NCBI GenBank assembly: GCA_964016885.1
Contig: OZ024744.1
Coordinates: 126,046,001-126,110,000 of the forward strand
DNA: 64,000 nucleotides
Reading direction: 5' to 3'
Source: Eledone cirrhosa
Lineage: Eukaryota
The translations under genes were made by a program, and so were the position numbers. Positions 63,101 to 64,000 of the stretch are shown piece by piece (the stretch's first letter is position 1; the number at the start of each line of letters is the position of its first letter). Below the pieces are notes generated by a model. It was not told the DNA's origin. It worked only from the letters and a program-made list of their open reading frames with translations, and made no database searches.

Positions 63101-64000
63101 CACATCGATCCGTCAACATCCGGCCGGCCCACGATCGACGCACAGGGCCGGATGGCCCGTTTGCAGTGAATTTTCACGGGAATCGATCTGTAATTACTGG
63201 TACATGTGCGGACACACATTTGCTGTGTGTGGTGTGATTTTCACGAAAAACTGCCCATGCTAAATGACGAAGCTGAAGTCCGCCGGCGAATGGTGTGCTT
63301 CGAAGAAAACTAATTCGAAAATGACCGTTTGCAGGCGGAGTAACCTTTTCGATCGTGGGCCAGCCGCCCGTGGTGGGATCCATCTGTAATTACTGGTACA
63401 TGTGCGGACATACATTTGCTGTGTGTGGTGTGATTTTCAAGAAGAACTGCCCGTGCTAAATGAGGAAGCTGAAGTCCGCCGGCGAATGGTGTGCTTCGAA
63501 GAAAACTAATTCGAAAATGACCGTTTGCAGGCGGGGTAACCTTTTCGATCGTGGGCCAGCCGCCCGTGGTGGGATCCATCTGTAATTACTGGTACATGTG
63601 CGGACACACATTTGCTGTGTGTGGTGTGATTTTCGAGAAAGACTGCCCATGCTAAATGAGGAAGCTGAAGTCCGCCGGCGAATGGTGTGCTTCGAAGAAA
63701 ACTAATTCGAAAATGACTATTTGCCGGCGGAATCACCTTTTCGGTCCTGGTCCGGCCGGATCTTGCCGGATCGATCGGAAATTTGTGGACCATGTTCGGA
63801 AGGCCATTGTGCATGTGTGGTGAAAAAAATTTGTGTCGAAATCTTCTCGGAAAATAACGGATCGCCGGCGGAGATTGCCATTTCGATCGTGGGCCGGCCG
63901 GATCTTGTCGGATCGATTCGGACATATGTGCATCGTGTTCGCAAGGCCCTTGTCTATGTGTGGTGTGATTTTCATAAAGAAATTCCGAAAAACCCAGTTT
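54139..64000. repeat. Tandem palindrome array, copy 2 (runs off the window)
   Basis: Apices at ~54,461, 56,241, 57,825, 59,409, 61,189 and 62,969. Confidence 0.95.

Overview
Repeat-dense eukaryotic DNA with no credible intact protein-coding gene. The SINE, RTE and MITE content resembles an octopod cephalopod, which is an inference only. The window covers about 1.4 periods of a 44,940-bp tandem macro-unit: 1..~17,500 recurs almost base for base at 44,941..~62,440. Each unit carries an rDNA-shaped but non-functional cassette. It runs from CCCTAA-like repeats through a 169/172-bp tandem repeat, an ETS-like leader and the 5' ~185 nt of 18S. Next comes a 6.1-kb satellite built from scrambled conserved 18S and 28S fragments, then the degenerate 28S 3' end and a G-rich 15-bp repeat. 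After the cassette come ~11.8 kb of tandem long palindromes (1584/1780-bp units) and ~23 kb of decayed RTE, R4/Dong and CRE retrotransposon pieces, MITEs, SINEs, mini/microsatellites and a 3.35-kb internal duplication. All coordinates were read by eye and are approximate.
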